From positions 1 to 37,376 of the IMG/VR virus record IMGVR_UViG_3300037465_000562: a stretch of 37,376 nt of DNA, one strand, 5' to 3'. This stretch comes from a virus (Duplodnaviria > Caudoviricetes). Below, piece after piece: positions 8,965 to 17,467 of the stretch (the first letter of the stretch is position 1; the number at the start of each line of letters is the position of its first letter). A model generated the notes under the pieces. The model had not been told where the DNA came from. It did not search any database and saw only the letters and a program-made list of their open reading frames with translations. Position numbers and translations under genes: made by a program.

Positions 8965-9972
8965 ATGCCTGCCGTCAGTCCCTCCGCACTTGTCGGCGCC
9001 ATCATGGACGGGTTTCAGCGCTCGGGCGCCGCCGCGTTCTTCCTTTCCGAAAAGCTTCAGACGCATCCGCGCCGGTTCGCCGTGGAGTATCTTGGCAATT
9101 CCTTCTCCGTCTGGATGTATATCTGGACGCTTACGCCTGGAGGCCGGGACACGCTGCCGGATGAATTCCGGATTCAGATGACATCTGTTGAATCGCCTTT
9201 GGCGTCGAACCCGGCGGGGTACACGGTCCTGATGGGCTACCATCCCGATCTGCACCTGTTCGCCGGCTTCGATCTTGCCAAGCATCGAATTTTTACGCCG
9301 GGGTCGTCGTCCGTACAGATCAATATCAACGCGTTGCACCAGGCCCTGCAAACGGGCTTGTCCTTCCACACCAAGACCAATGATGAAATCGCCGTCGGGG
9401 TGAGGCCTGATCAGCTTGTCAACTACGTCATATCGGCAGCGCTGCTGCACAAATACGGACCCGAAGCCGAGGTCAAGGCGCTTCTAACAAAGGCGACCGA
9501 TCCCGCGCAGCAGATCGATTCATCAATCGACCACTTAAGCGCCGAACGGCAAAGGATCGTCACCGAAGTCAGCCGCTACAGCCGCAACGCCAATTTCCGC
9601 AAGGCCGTTCTCAATGCCTATGACAACAGGTGCGCTGTTACCCGCGCGCAGATGAGGCTGGTGGAAGCCGCGCACATTCTACCCGTGCCGGCAGAAGGCA
9701 GCAGCGATCACGTCAGCAACGGCATCGCGCTCGCCCCAACTCTGCACCGCGCCTACGACAACTGCCTCATCTATCTCGACACCCAGCTCGTAATGCGCTT
9801 GAACCCAGAACGGGCCGAACAGTTGGCAGCTGAAAGCCTCGATGCTGGGCTGGACACCCTATCCACGCTTCTCGATAAGCCTATTCACCTGCCGCACGAT
9901 GCTGGCCAGCGCCCTAAACCCGAGTTCATCGCCCGAGCCAATGTGTACCGCAGAATACCGGGGTACATTTGA
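8965..9972 (+). CDS. HNH endonuclease with an uncharacterised N-terminal domain
   Basis: FRKAVLNAYDNRCAVT...EAAHILP...SNGIALAPTLHRAYD (HNH_2-type). Confidence 0.85.
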   Translation: MPAVSPSALVGAIMDGFQRSGAAAFFLSEKLQTHPRRFAVEYLGNSFSVWMYIWTLTPGGRDTLPDEFRIQMTSVESPLASNPAGYTVLMGYHPDLHLFAGFDLAKHRIFTPGSSSVQININALHQALQTGLSFHTKTNDEIAVGVRPDQLVNYVISAALLHKYGPEAEVKALLTKATDPAQQIDSSIDHLSAERQRIVTEVSRYSRNANFRKAVLNAYDNRCAVTRAQMRLVEAAHILPVPAEGSSDHVSNGIALAPTLHRAYDNCLIYLDTQLVMRLNPERAEQLAAESLDAGLDTLSTLLDKPIHLPHDAGQRPKPEFIARANVYRRIPGYI

Positions 9973-9988
9973 GGGAGATGGGTGCGGA

Positions 9989-11815
9989 TTATTCCATCCA
10001 CGCCGACCGGATGATCGGCGCGCTGGCGGGCTTCGCCACCGGCGCCTCGCCCTTGCGCCCCGCTGCCATGGCGGCGTCGGCTTCCTCGTTCAACCTGAGG
10101 CCCATGCTGATCAGGCCGTGAAGCGCGGCGTGGGCGTAGACGAAGGTGTCGAGCGCCTCATTGCGCTCGCCGTCGCGCTTGGGCTGCCAGGAGCGGATGG
10201 GGCGGCCGCGCTCGAACCGGGTGACGACGCGCTCGGCGGTGAGCTGGCGGAAGTACTCGGCATCGAGCCGGCGCGGGAAGTGGATGGCGCCGGGCCCGGG
10301 CTCGGCGAGATTGAGACGGGCATAGACTGCGTCCTTCACCGCATCGACGCCGACGATGAACAGCGGAATCTTGCCTCGGTTGGCGCGGGTCGGCCGCCGC
10401 GGCCAGACCGGAATGCCGGTGCCGCCGCGGCCCTTGATCGCCCAGACGCGGCGGGCAAGCCGCGTGCGGCAGAACTCGTAGGCCATCTTGGTGTGGTGGC
10501 CGCCGGTGTCGACGCCGACGGCGCGGATCGGCAGATCGGCAACGCCACGCGAATGGGTGAAGGTCGTGCGCAGGAAGTGGTCAAGGTCCGACCACAGGCG
10601 CGGGCCTGATGGATCGCCCCACAGCACGCGGTAGTCGATCACCCAGGCCTCCTCGTCGCGGCCCCAGCCGACAACCTGCACCTCGATGCGGTCGCCCTGC
10701 ACATCGACACCGGCGGTGAGCACGGCGACACCGGCGGGCAGCTCCTCGCCCCAGTCCTCGCGCCGTGCCATCAGCGGATCGGCGGGCACGGTGTCGCCGG
10801 CCTGGTCCTCCCAGGATTCGCCGAGCCTGGTGTTGACCCAGACCTGAAGGCGCGGCGGGTCCTTCATGACCCGGCCGTGCTCGATGGCGATTTCGGCCCA
10901 GGTCTCCCAGGGCGAATAGAGCGCCGAGAGATGGAAGCCGGCGGTGCGGCCATCGCCCTGCGCCGTTGCGCGCCATTCGCCGGCTTCCATGAGGCGCGGC
11001 TTGTCGTGCTCATGGTGGATGCAGCCGCAGGCCTCGCAGACGAGGTGGGCTTGATCGCGCTTGCCATCGGGCCAGCGGATGCGCGCCCAAGTGATCGGCG
11101 CCATGTCGCCGCAGGCGAGGCACGGCACATGGAAATACCGTTGATCGGACTCGGCGAAGGCTGCCTCGATGCGGGAGTAGCCTTTCAGCGTCGGCGTCGA
11201 CACCATGAAGATCTTGCGCCGACCGCGGAAGGTGGCGGTGCGCTGGATGGCGAGATCGACCGGATCGCCCTCGCCATCGGCATCGCCCGGATAGCCATCC
11301 ACCTCGTCGAGGAAGAGGTAGCGTACTGGCGTCGAGCGCAGCCCCACGGGGGAGTTGGCGCCGGTCATGACCAGCTGACCGCCGGGGAAGGATTTGCGGA
11401 ACAGGCTGTTCCCGGCATCGCGCGAGCGCGGCGGCGCGACCAGATCGCGCAGCGCCGGTGTGGCCTCGATCAGCGGGTCGATGCGCACGGTGGTGTTGCG
11501 CCTCACCATGTCGAGGGACGGCTGCACCATCATGACGATGTCGGGCGCGTTCTGGATGATGTAGCCGAGCCAGTTCAGGCCCGCCTCGGTGCCGCCGGTC
11601 TGCGCGCCCTTCATCAGCACGACGCGCTCGAACGGGCTCGATGCCGAGAGCGCGTCCATGACGGCGCGGAGATAGGGCGTGCGCGCGGTGCGCCAGCGGC
11701 CGGGCTCGGCCGAGGTGGTGGGCAGCACGCGGTGCCGGTCGGCCCATTCCGACACGGTGATCGGCGGCTCCGGGCGGATGCCGCGCCGCCAGGCGTCGTC
11801 GGCTTCAACCAGCAT
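9989..11815 (-). CDS. terL: Terminase large subunit, lambda GpA family
   Basis: GRWRTARTPY, Walker A KGAQTGGTE, Walker B YLFLDEVD, STPT, AGVDVQ, RNEALD; ATG 11815 overlaps the terS end. Confidence 0.95.
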   Translation of the reverse strand: MLVEADDAWRRGIRPEPPITVSEWADRHRVLPTTSAEPGRWRTARTPYLRAVMDALSASSPFERVVLMKGAQTGGTEAGLNWLGYIIQNAPDIVMMVQPSLDMVRRNTTVRIDPLIEATPALRDLVAPPRSRDAGNSLFRKSFPGGQLVMTGANSPVGLRSTPVRYLFLDEVDGYPGDADGEGDPVDLAIQRTATFRGRRKIFMVSTPTLKGYSRIEAAFAESDQRYFHVPCLACGDMAPITWARIRWPDGKRDQAHLVCEACGCIHHEHDKPRLMEAGEWRATAQGDGRTAGFHLSALYSPWETWAEIAIEHGRVMKDPPRLQVWVNTRLGESWEDQAGDTVPADPLMARREDWGEELPAGVAVLTAGVDVQGDRIEVQVVGWGRDEEAWVIDYRVLWGDPSGPRLWSDLDHFLRTTFTHSRGVADLPIRAVGVDTGGHHTKMAYEFCRTRLARRVWAIKGRGGTGIPVWPRRPTRANRGKIPLFIVGVDAVKDAVYARLNLAEPGPGAIHFPRRLDAEYFRQLTAERVVTRFERGRPIRSWQPKRDGERNEALDTFVYAHAALHGLISMGLRLNEEADAAMAAGRKGEAPVAKPASAPIIRSAWME

Positions 11816-12314
11816 CGCGCAGGCTCCCGAGCGGCGTGTCGGCGAGATGTTCGAGATGCTCACGCATCAGCCGGTCGAGCACGGCGAAGGCGACGCGCGG
11901 ATCGGCGCCGGTTTCGGCGGCGATGAGCGGTGCGGCCCGCTGCACCCAGGCGAGGTGCGCGTCGCGCTCGGCCCGGGCGCGGGCGAAGATGGTGGCGGTG
12001 GCGTCATCGGCGTCGATCAGCCGCCCACGCTCCTTGTCGTAGGCAAGGCGTGCGCGTTGGACCTGGACCAGGAGCAGCATGCGCCGCACCTCGGCGACGG
12101 ACGGCGTGCCGGCCGCGATGCTGGACGAGCCGCCCTTGTTGCGCCGGGAGGGATCGAGGTTGCGCTCCATCCAGGCGAGCCCGGCTTCGACATCGATCCG
12201 GCCGTCGGGCCGCACGGGCAGACCTTCGGCGACGAGCTGCGAAATGCGGCCCTTGGTGAGGCCGACCCGGGCGGCGAAGGCGGTCTTGGACTCGGCGCGG
12301 TCGAGTTTAGGCAT
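11805..12314 (-). CDS. terS: Putative terminase small subunit (Nu1-like HTH)
   Basis: SKTAFAARVGLTKGRISQLVAEGLP HTH, coiled-coil YDKERGRLI; immediately upstream of terL. Confidence 0.75.
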   Translation of the reverse strand: MPKLDRAESKTAFAARVGLTKGRISQLVAEGLPVRPDGRIDVEAGLAWMERNLDPSRRNKGGSSSIAAGTPSVAEVRRMLLLVQVQRARLAYDKERGRLIDADDATATIFARARAERDAHLAWVQRAAPLIAAETGADPRVAFAVLDRLMREHLEHLADTPLGSLRDAG

Positions 12315-12340
12315 GACGCGCCCTCACGCTGGCGACGCGT

Positions 12341-12384
12341 CGCGCCAGGCTTCCCCGCATACGGATCGGCCCAGGAGGAACCGC
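12341..12384 (-). other. Putative cos site (cosQ-cosN) of element 1
   Basis: Minus strand GCGGTTCCT-CCTGGGCCGATCCGTATGCG-GGGAAGCCTGG-CGCG; conserved with 28708-28751; resembles lambda GGGTCCT...TTACG-GGGCGGCGACCT-CGCG. Confidence 0.7.
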
Positions 12385-12447
12385 CGCGCTGCCGGTCATC
12401 GCCAATCTGTGCGGATCGTTGCCAACGACTCCGACAGTGATGCCGGT

Positions 12448-12542
12448 GCGAAGGGATCGAAGGGAACGGTCCATATGGGGCGTTCGCGCGCGCGCACGCG
12501 CGCGAAACGCTTGATATGGGAGCATGCCTTCGATCCCTTCGC
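12448..12542. repeat. Putative replication origin of element 1 (inverted iterons)
   Basis: Perfect 16-bp inverted repeat GCGAAGGGATCGAAGG (12448-12463 / 12527-12542) around a (CG)n hairpin, just after the helicase stop. Confidence 0.65.
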
Positions 12543-12550
12543 GGCGCGGC

Positions 12551-13978
12551 TCAGGCGGCATTGAAGTCGCTCCAGTCGGTCGCGCCGCGCACAACGAGTC
12601 GGATGCCGGCAAAGCAGGCGCGGCGATTGCTCGGATGCTGGATGCGCTGGAAGCCGCGCGTCTCCAGGTTCTGGCTGAAGCGCTTGGTCGAGCCGGCATA
12701 CTCGCCGGTGGCGTTGCACCAGTCGCGCCAGGAGGCGAACAGCTCCTTGACCTCCTCCATGGCCAGCATGTCGCCTACTTCGCAGCGCTCGTCGAGGAAG
12801 CGGCCAATGGCGTCCTCGTCGGCGAGATAGCCTTCGGTCGCGTCGAGCACCGCGGGCGGCGGGGCGAGCGCGATGCGCTGCCATTCGAGACAGCCTTCGA
12901 TGGCCCAGGCGAGGATGCCCGGCCACTCGGCCTCGAGCTTCTGAGGCAGGTTGGGATCTCGTTCGGCCTTCGGGATGGTGACGGTGAAGGGCACGAGATT
13001 GAAGCGCCGTCGCACCGCCTCGTCGACATTGCGCAACGACGGCTTGTGATTGCCGGCGATCATCAGCTTGAAGGCCGGCTCGAAGGTGAAGAAGTCCTGG
13101 CGCATGAAGCGGGCCGAGATGGCGTCGCCGCCGGTCAGCGCCTTGATGCGCGATTCCGCCCAGCGCTGCCCCTCCTCGGTCTCCTGTGCCATCACGGCGC
13201 GGGCGCCGCGCAGCATAGCGAGGTCGGTCGGGTGGCGTTCGGTCTTGGAGGCGACGAAGGTCTCCATCGAGGCGATGCAGGAATAATCGCCCATGATCTT
13301 GTGCCAGGTGTTGAGGAAGACGCCCTTGCCGTTGCCGCCGGTGCCATAGAGAAAGAACAGCGCGTGGTCGCGGATCGAGCCGGTCAGGCTGTAGCCGAGC
13401 ATGCGTTGCGCGAAGGCGATGAGCTCCTGGTCGGAGCGGAACACGCGGTCAAGGAAGGCGAGCCACAGCGGACACTCGCCGCCGGCCGCCACGGCGGTGA
13501 TCTTGGTGATCAGGTCCTCGCGCGCATGTGGGCGCAGCCTGCCGGTCCTGAGATCGACCGTGCCGCCCGGCGTGTTGAGGAGCCACGGATCGGCGTCCCA
13601 GTCCTCCGTGCGCGTGGCATGGCGGCGATCGGCGCGGGCGAGCCGCTCGATGGCGGCGACGGTCTTGGCGCTGGCAACGCTCGATGCGACCTTGGCCGGA
13701 CCGTTGCGCTCGACGATCTCGGCCGAGGCGGCGCGGGCGATGGCGCGGGCGAGATCGAACGTTTCCAGCGTCTCGTCGGTGCGCCAGCGCCTGCCGTCCC
13801 ATCTGAGCCAGCGGCCCCAGAGGTGGACGTAGCGAAGATCGTGCTCGTGCTGGGCGGTGAAGCGCAGCGCCAGCGATTCGTCGGCATACTCGATGGGCCG
13901 GTCGATGGCCTCCTCTGGCTCGTCCGGCTGCCGGCCGCGCTTCAGCATCGCGTCGAGGAGGTCGTGGACATCACCCAT
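12551..13978 (-). CDS. P4/D5-family SF3 helicase (D5_N + ATPase)
   Basis: WLRWDGRRW, LLNTPGGTVDLRTG, Walker A YGTGGNGKG, KALTGGD, GNHKP, RRR. Confidence 0.92.
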   Translation of the reverse strand: MGDVHDLLDAMLKRGRQPDEPEEAIDRPIEYADESLALRFTAQHEHDLRYVHLWGRWLRWDGRRWRTDETLETFDLARAIARAASAEIVERNGPAKVASSVASAKTVAAIERLARADRRHATRTEDWDADPWLLNTPGGTVDLRTGRLRPHAREDLITKITAVAAGGECPLWLAFLDRVFRSDQELIAFAQRMLGYSLTGSIRDHALFFLYGTGGNGKGVFLNTWHKIMGDYSCIASMETFVASKTERHPTDLAMLRGARAVMAQETEEGQRWAESRIKALTGGDAISARFMRQDFFTFEPAFKLMIAGNHKPSLRNVDEAVRRRFNLVPFTVTIPKAERDPNLPQKLEAEWPGILAWAIEGCLEWQRIALAPPPAVLDATEGYLADEDAIGRFLDERCEVGDMLAMEEVKELFASWRDWCNATGEYAGSTKRFSQNLETRGFQRIQHPSNRRACFAGIRLVVRGATDWSDFNAA

Positions 13979-14840
13979 GCCCGCCTCCCTCGCGCCGCGC
14001 AGCTCGGCTGGCGAGCTCGCGACGGGCGATACTGGCGACGGTCGCCACCACTTCGTCCTCCGGCAGCGGTGGCCGGCAACGCGTGGCGTTGAAGGCGAGC
14101 ATCAGATCGAGGCAGACATGCGGATCGATGCGCCGGCCGAGCAGGAGGCCGGAGAGGCGGGCGATGGTGACGTTGCGCTCGCCATTCATGGCGCCGTCGC
14201 GCGCCAGGGTTCGCCACTGGGCGGCTTTGCGGGCCTTGTCCGCCGTCCTGGTCGCGGTGATGCGTTCGAGCAACCACGTGGGCGCGTCGGCAAGCGGCAC
14301 GTCCTCGGGATGGTGATCGACGGAGATGGCGTAGGGGCGTCCGCAGATATGCAGGGAGGGCGGGGCGACGATGTAACCGCCGTCGCCGCGCACGTCGATG
14401 CCCGGTCCGAGGGCGCCGGCGCTGTTGGCCACGCTGCGTCCTGGATGCCGAAACAGCACGTGCTCGCCACCACCGCCGGTCAGGAAGCGCCAGGTGGCGG
14501 GCAGGTGCCCGTGCTCGCGTTCGAGGTCGGCCAGAGTCTCGTCGCCACCATGGCGCGGATCGATGTCGAGCACTATGATGCCGCTCGGCGCGCCGGTGGC
14601 GACCGCGATGTTGAAGCGGGTCTTGGTGAACCAACCTTCGACCGATGCCGGGTCCTTGCTCGCGTCTTTCAGCCCGTTCCGCACCAGCCGCCCGAAGGGA
14701 TGCTTGGCGGGCTGCCGGCAATCCTTACGGCCGCAGGAGCATTCGAGCCTGCCCTCGCGCTGGAACGGGAAGTGCAGCGGCAGCACGGCGAAACCGAGCC
14801 CGAGATAGAGCCGCGCATGGTCGAGCAGGCCGGCGAGCAT
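13971..14840 (-). CDS. Bifunctional primase-polymerase (Prim-Pol + PriCT-1)
   Basis: GFAVLPL, KHP, NIAVATG, VLDID, TGGGGEH, IDVRGDGGYIVAPPS, GERN...N..RCRPPL; start set at ATG 14840. Confidence 0.9.
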   Translation of the reverse strand: MLAGLLDHARLYLGLGFAVLPLHFPFQREGRLECSCGRKDCRQPAKHPFGRLVRNGLKDASKDPASVEGWFTKTRFNIAVATGAPSGIIVLDIDPRHGGDETLADLEREHGHLPATWRFLTGGGGEHVLFRHPGRSVANSAGALGPGIDVRGDGGYIVAPPSLHICGRPYAISVDHHPEDVPLADAPTWLLERITATRTADKARKAAQWRTLARDGAMNGERNVTIARLSGLLLGRRIDPHVCLDLMLAFNATRCRPPLPEDEVVATVASIARRELASRAARREGGGHG

Positions 14841-14844
14841 GCGA

Positions 14845-15171
14845 TCACCTGTCGAGCGCCCAGGCGGCGAAATCGTCCCGGTCCATCTCGTCGGGATCGT
14901 ACTCGCGCCATACGAGCCACCTATTGCCAGAGTAGACGGACGACAGGAGTTGGCGCGGATCGCGGGTGGCGGCGACCGTGAGATGCAGATGGCAGTCGAG
15001 CCGCGTGCGCAGCCGGTCGAGCACGTCGATGGCCCGGGCGGCATCGCGATGGATGTGCGAGCTCGGCGGTGTGCGCCGCATGAGCAGCATCAGCATCGGC
15101 CGGCAATGCTTGAGGGCATTGCCGATCTCGACATGCTCGTCGGGAATGATGAGCGCAGGAGCGATTCTCAT
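14845..15171 (-). CDS. Hypothetical protein
   Basis: Fills the operon gap; ATGA overlap with upstream gene and GGAGG RBS. Confidence 0.65.
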   Translation of the reverse strand: MRIAPALIIPDEHVEIGNALKHCRPMLMLLMRRTPPSSHIHRDAARAIDVLDRLRTRLDCHLHLTVAATRDPRQLLSSVYSGNRWLVWREYDPDEMDRDDFAAWALDR

Positions 15172-15386
15172 CGGATGCCCTCCTGGCGCTCGATCCACTC
15201 GATCAGCGTCGACTTGCGGGCGCAGATCACCGAGCCGATCCGGAACACCGGCATGCGCAGCTTCGCCTCGGTGGCGAGGTAATAGACCTTGCGTCGGTGC
15301 TTGGCGCTGCCGAACACGAACTCGGCGATGGCATCGGCGCCGCGCAGCAGATCGTCGGCCAGGGTGGTGGGTTCGGCTTGGTGCAT
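15168..15386 (-). CDS. Small AlpA/excisionase-like DNA-binding protein
   Basis: DLLRGADAIAEF...RKVYYL...PVFRIGSVICARKSTLIEWI; homologous to 31483-31713. Confidence 0.8.
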   Translation of the reverse strand: MHQAEPTTLADDLLRGADAIAEFVFGSAKHRRKVYYLATEAKLRMPVFRIGSVICARKSTLIEWIERQEGIR

Positions 15387-15396
15387 CGGAGCCTCC

Positions 15397-15900
15397 TCAC
15401 TGGGACTCCGCAGGCGCGGCCTCGAGCGCCGCCTTCACCCGCTCCTCGACGTGATTGAGGTTGACGACCGCCAGGGAGCGCACATCGCGATTGGCGGCGT
15501 AGGCCGCAAGCTGCGAGAGGCGGATGATCTCGCTCCCGAACGGCGGCCGATCGGGATCATAGAACTTCATGCCGCTGCCACTGCCTGGCAGCACCGAGCC
15601 GCGTTCCGAAGTGGGAATCAGCTCGACCGGACCCTGATAGATCATGAGCAGCGCCGCTTCGTCCCTGAAGCCGTGCAGGTTCCGGCAGTGCTGGGCCGCC
15701 ACATCGTGCGGGATGCCCAGCCGAACCAGCTCGGCGAAGGTGCCGAGCACGACTGCCTCCTTGAAGGAGAAGGATCGCGGCTTGCCGCTCACCGGCTCCT
15801 CCTCCGGCACGAAATAGCCCCGCGCGATCCACTGGTTGAACTGCGTGCGGGTCACCGACGCCGCCTTACACATCTGATGAACATTGAGCCGTTCAGCCAT
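15397..15900 (-). CDS. MerR-like HTH regulator (candidate repressor)
   Basis: N-terminal LNVHQMCKAASVTRTQFNQWIARGYFVP...RSFS; GGAGG RBS; divergent from int. Confidence 0.7.
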   Translation of the reverse strand: MAERLNVHQMCKAASVTRTQFNQWIARGYFVPEEEPVSGKPRSFSFKEAVVLGTFAELVRLGIPHDVAAQHCRNLHGFRDEAALLMIYQGPVELIPTSERGSVLPGSGSGMKFYDPDRPPFGSEIIRLSQLAAYAANRDVRSLAVVNLNHVEERVKAALEAAPAESQ

Positions 15901-15912
15901 GGCTGCCTCCAG

Positions 15913-15966
15913 CGTTGACGCATCGTATACGGTCCTTTATAAGCGAGTTTATACGGTGCGTCAACG
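15913..15966. promoter_or_regulatory. Symmetric bidirectional sigma70-type promoter with 17-bp inverted repeat
   Basis: +: TTGACG(15915)-17 bp-TATAAG(15938); -: TTGACG(15964)-17 bp-TATAAA(15941); IR 15913-15929 / 15950-15966 with 1 mismatch. Confidence 0.75.
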
Positions 15967-16058
15967 GTCTCTATGCGGGCGGCTTGTAGAACTTCACTCC
16001 GCGGGGCACCAATGGCACTGTCGCACCAGTCAAAGCACTGGAATTGCAGGGATTTTCG

Positions 16059-17165
16059 TTGGCAGCCATCCGCAAACGCACGCTTCCCTCGGGCCTCACC
16101 CGCTGGCAGGTCGAGTTCACCGACCAGGCCGGGCGGCGCCGGGCGAAGCTGTTCCCGCGGCGGAAGGACGCCGACGCCTATCTGGTGAAGGTCCGCCCGC
16201 TGGTCGCCAACGGGACGTATCTGGCGGACGCCGAGAGCATTACCGTCTCGGAAGCCGCCAAGGCGTGGCTGGAGCACTGCGAGATTCGCTGCAAGACCGG
16301 CCGCCGCATGGAGCGGGCGACCCTGCGCGACTACAAGGACAAGGTCCGCCTTCACATCGAGGATGCCGAGATCGGCATCGGCGACGTGCGCCTGTCACGG
16401 CTCACGCGCCGGCGCGTCAACGAGTTCCGCGACAAGCTTCTCGACACCGGTCGCTCAGAGCATCTCACCCGGCGCACGCTGTCGGTGCTGAAGCTTCTGC
16501 TCAACCACGCCATCGACAACGGGCAGATGTTCGTCAATCCGGCCCAGGGCGTGCGCATCATCCGCTCGACCCGGATCGAGTACAAGGTGCCGGTGCCGGC
16601 GAAGCAGACCATCCGCGATCTGATCGACCATGCCGACGAGGACTTCAAGCCGATGCTGATCGTCTCGGCCCTCTGCGGCCTGCGCGCATCGGAGCTTCGC
16701 GGCCTGCGCTGGCAGGACGTCGATTTCGAGGAAGGATTCGTGCGCGTCCGCCAGCGGGCCGACGCCTACAACACCATCGGCGAGCCGAAATCGGCCGCCG
16801 GCATGCGCGACGTGCCGGCCGGGCCGATGGTGCTCAACGCCCTGCGCCGCTGGCGCCTGCGCTGCCCGAAGGGCGAACTCGACCTCGTCTTCCCGAACTC
16901 GATCGGCGGCGTGCAGGACCACATGAACATCCTCAAGCGCCGCTTCAAACCGCACTGCGCCGAACTGAAGATCGAGATGCGCTGGCACGACCTGCGCCAT
17001 TTCGCCGTGTCGCTGTGGATCGAGCAGGGCTTCTCGATCAAGGAGGTGATGACCTTCGCCGGGCACTCCTCCGTGCAGATGACCATGGAGCGCTATGGCC
17101 ATCTGTTCCCGACGCCCGACCACCAGCGCGCCATGGCCCAGGTCGAGGCGCGGCTCCTCGGCTGA
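16059..17165 (+). CDS. int: Tyrosine integrase of element 1
   Basis: GLRASELRGL, PKS, HDLRH, GHSS, ERYGH; transcribed toward att; start uncertain (TTG 16044 or 16059). Confidence 0.95.
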   Translation: MAAIRKRTLPSGLTRWQVEFTDQAGRRRAKLFPRRKDADAYLVKVRPLVANGTYLADAESITVSEAAKAWLEHCEIRCKTGRRMERATLRDYKDKVRLHIEDAEIGIGDVRLSRLTRRRVNEFRDKLLDTGRSEHLTRRTLSVLKLLLNHAIDNGQMFVNPAQGVRIIRSTRIEYKVPVPAKQTIRDLIDHADEDFKPMLIVSALCGLRASELRGLRWQDVDFEEGFVRVRQRADAYNTIGEPKSAAGMRDVPAGPMVLNALRRWRLRCPKGELDLVFPNSIGGVQDHMNILKRRFKPHCAELKIEMRWHDLRHFAVSLWIEQGFSIKEVMTFAGHSSVQMTMERYGHLFPTPDHQRAMAQVEARLLG

Positions 17166-17207
17166 CGAGGATTCCCATTCATTCCCAATCACTTGCGGCA
17201 CATCCGC

Positions 17208-17226
17208 GCGACACGTGAGCGACACG
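17208..17226 (+). repeat. Integrase arm-type repeats of element 1 (right arm)
   Basis: GCGACACG x2, 11-bp period, matching 244-264. Confidence 0.75.
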
Positions 17227-17287
17227 CGACGCGTCGATCTAGCCTAACGAATTGAAGTATTTGGGAAAATCGCGCCCGCGGACGACC

Positions 17288-17332
17288 CTCATAACCTGAA
17301 GGTCGTAGGTTCAAATCCTACCCCCGCAACCA
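17288..17332 (+). repeat. att junction between elements 1 and 2 (tRNA-fMet 3' half)
   Basis: 45-bp copy of 81-125 with 2 compensatory T-stem substitutions; begins at the anticodon loop. Confidence 0.97.
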
Positions 17333-17341
17333 AAATAACGG

Positions 17342-17369
17342 CGCCAAATCAATGGCTTGGCGGCTTTTT
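17342..17369 (+). terminator. Hairpin/T tract overlapping a consensus IHF site in the element 2 att arm
   Basis: CGCCAA-N9-TTGGCG-GCTTTTT; AATCAATGGCTTG (17347-17359) matches WATCAANNNNTTR. Confidence 0.5.
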
Positions 17370-17400
17370 GCATTTTTGGGCTCCTCGCCCGAAACGGGCC

Positions 17401-17421
17401 GAGTCAACAACGAGTCAACAA
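17401..17421 (+). repeat. Integrase arm-type repeats of element 2 (left arm)
   Basis: GAGTCAACAA x2, 11-bp period; recurs at 34402-34421. Confidence 0.8.
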
Positions 17422-17467
17422 AATCCATGGCGGCCATTGGCGCCGAGCGGCTCGGAACCGCCAGCCG

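Noticed and set aside
2114-12314. Gene transfer agent cluster or complete prophage
   Set aside because: Has int, att, replicon and a cos-like site, unlike a GTA, and no tail or lysis genes within the att boundaries
17288-17332. Additional tRNA genes here and at 34562-34608
   Set aside because: Only the 3' half is present; these are att repeats
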